The position numbers and the translations under genes were made by a program. Below, one piece after another: positions 34,532-37,509 of a stretch of 37,509 bases of DNA. Origin of the DNA: an uncultured archaeon (lineage in GTDB: Archaea > Asgardarchaeota > Heimdallarchaeia > Heimdallarchaeales > Heimdallarchaeaceae); the NCBI GenBank assembly GCA_964549075.1, contig CAZJUB010000023.1, positions 1 to 37,509 of the forward strand, written 5' to 3'. The notes below the pieces were generated by a model that worked only from the letters and a program-made list of their open reading frames with translations, had not been told where the DNA came from and searched no databases. Every line of letters starts with the position of its first letter. Positions within the stretch are counted from its first letter, which is position 1.

Positions 34532-36496
34532 TTATTTTCTTCTACGATAGAAAGCTATAGAAGCAGCAGCACCAATAGCTGCAATTAATGCAAACACTGG
34601 GAATGGAGTATCTTCTGTTGTACCACCTGTTGTAGTTGGTGGTAATTCACCGGTTGGATAACCTGCAGCATCTAGCCATTCAAAGGAAGCATATAAGTCG
34701 TAATTGTACTTGATAATGTCGTTATAGTAGTAGTATGCTGTAAATGGATATAAGACACTTTGGCAAATCAAATACTCACCATCATGTAATACCTGGTTCA
34801 TTTCATCTCTGTCAATGGCGTAGTTCATAGCTTTACGAACAGCTACACCTTTGGTGTATTCCTCTTTACCTGGGGCATCAAGATAAATGAAGTTATCTGC
34901 ACCACCAACAAAAGGTCTCTTAAGATTATAGAACATATAACCCATTGAAGCTGAAACGAATGTCTGCACTTCAAATCTTGGATCAGCTTGCATCTGCTTT
35001 CTTTCTGCTGGAAATTCTGTCAATCCTGTCCAATCTAGTTTTCCTGCTTTAAATTCTGCTAATTCAGCCGAGGTGTCAGGAATAACACGAATATTGATTG
35101 TATCAAGATCTAAATCTTGAGCAGTACCATCGAAAGCTCCAATTCCAAACCAATATGGACTTGATTTTAGAACTGTTACAGAATTATCAATAGCATAATC
35201 AAGCATGTATTTTCCACAGCCAAAAGCTGAGGTACTGAATGCCACCCATTGTGGAGTGCTTAACATTTCTGGATATAAACCAGTACATTGAGCATGACCA
35301 TCAGTGTATGAGATGGTTGGATTAGTGGAGTTCAAGAAGAATTCAGGTAAAACATCCCATGGAAGTCTCGCCCAGAAATCTACATAATGCTCAACCCCAG
35401 GAGTGTCTGGATTACCATCGATTTCGATGTGGAATGCTAGAGGATCTACAGGATCAACATAACATGCTGAAATCCAATCATGATAAGTAGTACTTTCACT
35501 AATCATTGCATTAGACCAGACTAAGTATGTAAAAACTGCATCTTTTGCAGTGACTTGCTGGTTGGTTCCATCACTGTATTCACCATTCTTCAATCCTACC
35601 ATGAGGTCACCAGTCGGAATGCTACTTAATGGATCAGAACTTGCATCTCTTAAAGTTACATTGTATGAAGGATTCCAATATATATCATCTCTCATGTAGA
35701 ATTTCCAGTGAAATTCATCAACTTGTTCCCAGTCTTCAACTAGACCAGTCTTAAGAGGAGCAAGATCTGGACTGAATTGTACAACAGGTTCTGACATTAA
35801 ACTCCAGATGAATGAACTTGAGGTATCATCTGAGAATAATGGGTTAAGTTCTCGCCAATTAGCATCTGCAAGATTAAACTCATTTAAAGATACTTGACCA
35901 TCATGATAGCCATCATAACTCATATATGGTAAGGAATCAACGATACCCCAACGACCATCATATCCCTCGGTATTAGCCCAGATTCCTACATAAGATCTGG
36001 GGGCATAAAGTGGTAAAATCGGAACTATCTTGTCCATCATCAATTCCTGCCAGTCATAATACCATTGTTGTCTTTCTGCTAGATCAGTGATAGTGACACC
36101 GATATCTTGCATGTTTTCACTTTCATTACCGTATGGTATTTCTCTGTCTAACTGGTAACAATTCAACGATCCATCTGTGGTGTAGCTATCTCTCATATCT
36201 GGAGAAGCTCCTCCACCTGATAAGCTCACCATACCTATATCGTAGTCGTGTGTCAAGATCAGTGTTCCTACGAATACTGACCATTCTTCAATCTTAACGT
36301 CTACTTCTATCCCTATGTCACGTAAATATTGTGCTATAAACAACCCATAATCAGGGCGTACGCCGCCTCCATTTGTCTTAAAAACCAAATTTGCTATGGG
36401 TTCTGAACCTTTCACTGTGACTGTGGAGTTAAATCCACTTGTGATAAGAAGATTAGCTAAGATAAATAGTGTTAAATAAACTGCTTTTTTTTTCAT
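34532..36496 (-). CDS. Family-5 solute-binding protein, circularly permuted; copy 4 (closest to copy 1)
   Basis: Same motifs as copy 1; T/G linker + TPFP + TM + RRRK. Confidence 0.9.
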   Translation of the reverse strand: MKKKAVYLTLFILANLLITSGFNSTVTVKGSEPIANLVFKTNGGGVRPDYGLFIAQYLRDIGIEVDVKIEEWSVFVGTLILTHDYDIGMVSLSGGGASPDMRDSYTTDGSLNCYQLDREIPYGNESENMQDIGVTITDLAERQQWYYDWQELMMDKIVPILPLYAPRSYVGIWANTEGYDGRWGIVDSLPYMSYDGYHDGQVSLNEFNLADANWRELNPLFSDDTSSSFIWSLMSEPVVQFSPDLAPLKTGLVEDWEQVDEFHWKFYMRDDIYWNPSYNVTLRDASSDPLSSIPTGDLMVGLKNGEYSDGTNQQVTAKDAVFTYLVWSNAMISESTTYHDWISACYVDPVDPLAFHIEIDGNPDTPGVEHYVDFWARLPWDVLPEFFLNSTNPTISYTDGHAQCTGLYPEMLSTPQWVAFSTSAFGCGKYMLDYAIDNSVTVLKSSPYWFGIGAFDGTAQDLDLDTINIRVIPDTSAELAEFKAGKLDWTGLTEFPAERKQMQADPRFEVQTFVSASMGYMFYNLKRPFVGGADNFIYLDAPGKEEYTKGVAVRKAMNYAIDRDEMNQVLHDGEYLICQSVLYPFTAYYYYNDIIKYNYDLYASFEWLDAAGYPTGELPPTTTGGTTEDTPFPVFALIAAIGAAASIAFYRRRK

Positions 36497-36512
36497 CTTT
36501 AAGCTCGCCTTA
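36497..36512 (-). promoter_or_regulatory. Conserved 5' leader/ribosome-binding site shared by SBP copies 1 and 4
   Basis: TAAGGCGAGCTTAAAG-ATG here versus TAAGGTGAGCTTAAAT-ATG at 20051-20069. Confidence 0.65.
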
Positions 36513-36810
36513 CTATTCTTTTATTGCGCGACTTTTTTCTCACGCTATGAGACCGACCTTTAAGGCATTTATTATTATTTTGGTCAACTTTGGCTAGAAC
36601 CCCCGAAACATTAATAAGTGTATGTTTCACACAAGTATGATTTATTTTTCAATTAATCTTCTGAGTTTTTTCTCTTGCCAAATAATACATAACAAAGATT
36701 TTTTTTTGAAGTTAATTCTTTTTCATTTTTTTAAAATTCCCAGCATATGTCACATAAATCTTAATTATTCATTTTTCCTATATTTTCTTTGAACATCTGG
36801 AGATTAATGA

Positions 36811-37509
36811 ATGAGTAAGTTCACAAACCTAGCTAGTAAACATTTCTTCTCTGTATTTCTTGCTTTTTTTGTTACAATCTTATGGTCATCTTCTTGGCCT
36901 ATTATTAAATTTGGAATGAAAGAAATGCCACCTTTGATTTTTGCAGGCTTACGATATGTCATAGCTTCCTTTATTTTACTTGTTTTTGTTCTTCTTCGTC
37001 CTAAATATAGGAAAGAACTTAAAAATCTGACGAAGAGATGGTGGTTACGTCTAATCTCTTATGGCTTAATTTTCTACACTATTACTCAAGGTGCTCAGTT
37101 TTTTGGATTACTTTATCTCAATGCAATTACAGTTAGTTTATTGCTTAGTTTTACTCCTATACTTGTCCTTATTTTTGCTAATCTTACTAAAAGAGCGATC
37201 TAACTTTATTCAGTTAATCTTGGTTCTTCTAGCAATTGCTGGGGCTTTATTATATTTTCTCCTTAATCCAGAACTAGTAGCAAAGCAATTCTTAATTGTC
37301 TCAGGCACAAATCAGTTTATTCTTCCACCCCAACCTATTGTAGCAACATCCTTGAAAGTGGTTGGTCTAGTAGTTGTTATTATTGGTGTCCTAGCAAACA
37401 CCTTTTCTGCTATTTATGGTCGTTCTATTAATCAAGCTAAAGAAGTCAGTACTGTTGTAATTACTGCAGTTAGTATGGTTGTTGGTTCAATTGTATTATT
37501 AATTACAGG
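36811..37509 (+). pseudogene. DMT/EamA-family transporter, frameshifted near 37172-37192 and running off the window end (pseudogene or assembly error)
   Basis: LWSSSWPIIKFG...PPLIFAGLRY...TPILV; continues in the +1 frame as LLKERSNFIQLILVLLAIAGALLYF...GVLANTFSAIYGRSIN, open to the edge. Confidence 0.75.

Noticed and set aside
20067-36496. Diversity-generating retroelement or shufflon explanation for the SBP repeats
   Set aside because: No reverse transcriptase or recombinase in the window, and differences between copies are not confined to adenines.

Overview
AT-rich, gene-dense archaeal DNA, most likely Asgard (probably Heimdallarchaeia). That assignment is inferred from an EF-2 paralogue with an HTG loop, two Rab-like small GTPase genes, GGTGA/GGAGG Shine-Dalgarno sites and oligo-T terminators. 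In order: a MoxR-DUF58-membrane protein operon; a stand-alone EF-2 paralogue; an amidohydrolase-ArfC reductase-CofG-CofH operon for FO/F420 precursor synthesis; an Hrq1/MrfA-type DUF1998 helicase; a cell-surface cluster (degenerate GTPase, GT-C glycosyltransferase, pilin, Rab-like GTPase, PGF-anchored protein, FG-GAP/TSP3-like adhesin); two divergently transcribed CLC-CBS transporters; MptE plus a PTPS-III-type pterin enzyme; a Nudix hydrolase; and a frameshifted EamA transporter cut by the window edge. The most notable signal is four paralogous family-5 (OppA/DppA-like) solute-binding proteins, three intact and one pseudogene. They appear circularly permuted, the intact copies are C-terminally membrane-anchored, no permease or ATPase genes are present in the window, and the ligand loop varies right next to a near-identical DNA patch. 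The second is an amidohydrolase placed where the unassigned deaminase step of archaeal riboflavin/FO synthesis would be needed. I saw no rRNA, tRNA, CRISPR array or mobile element. All family calls come from motif recognition by eye; no database searches were run.
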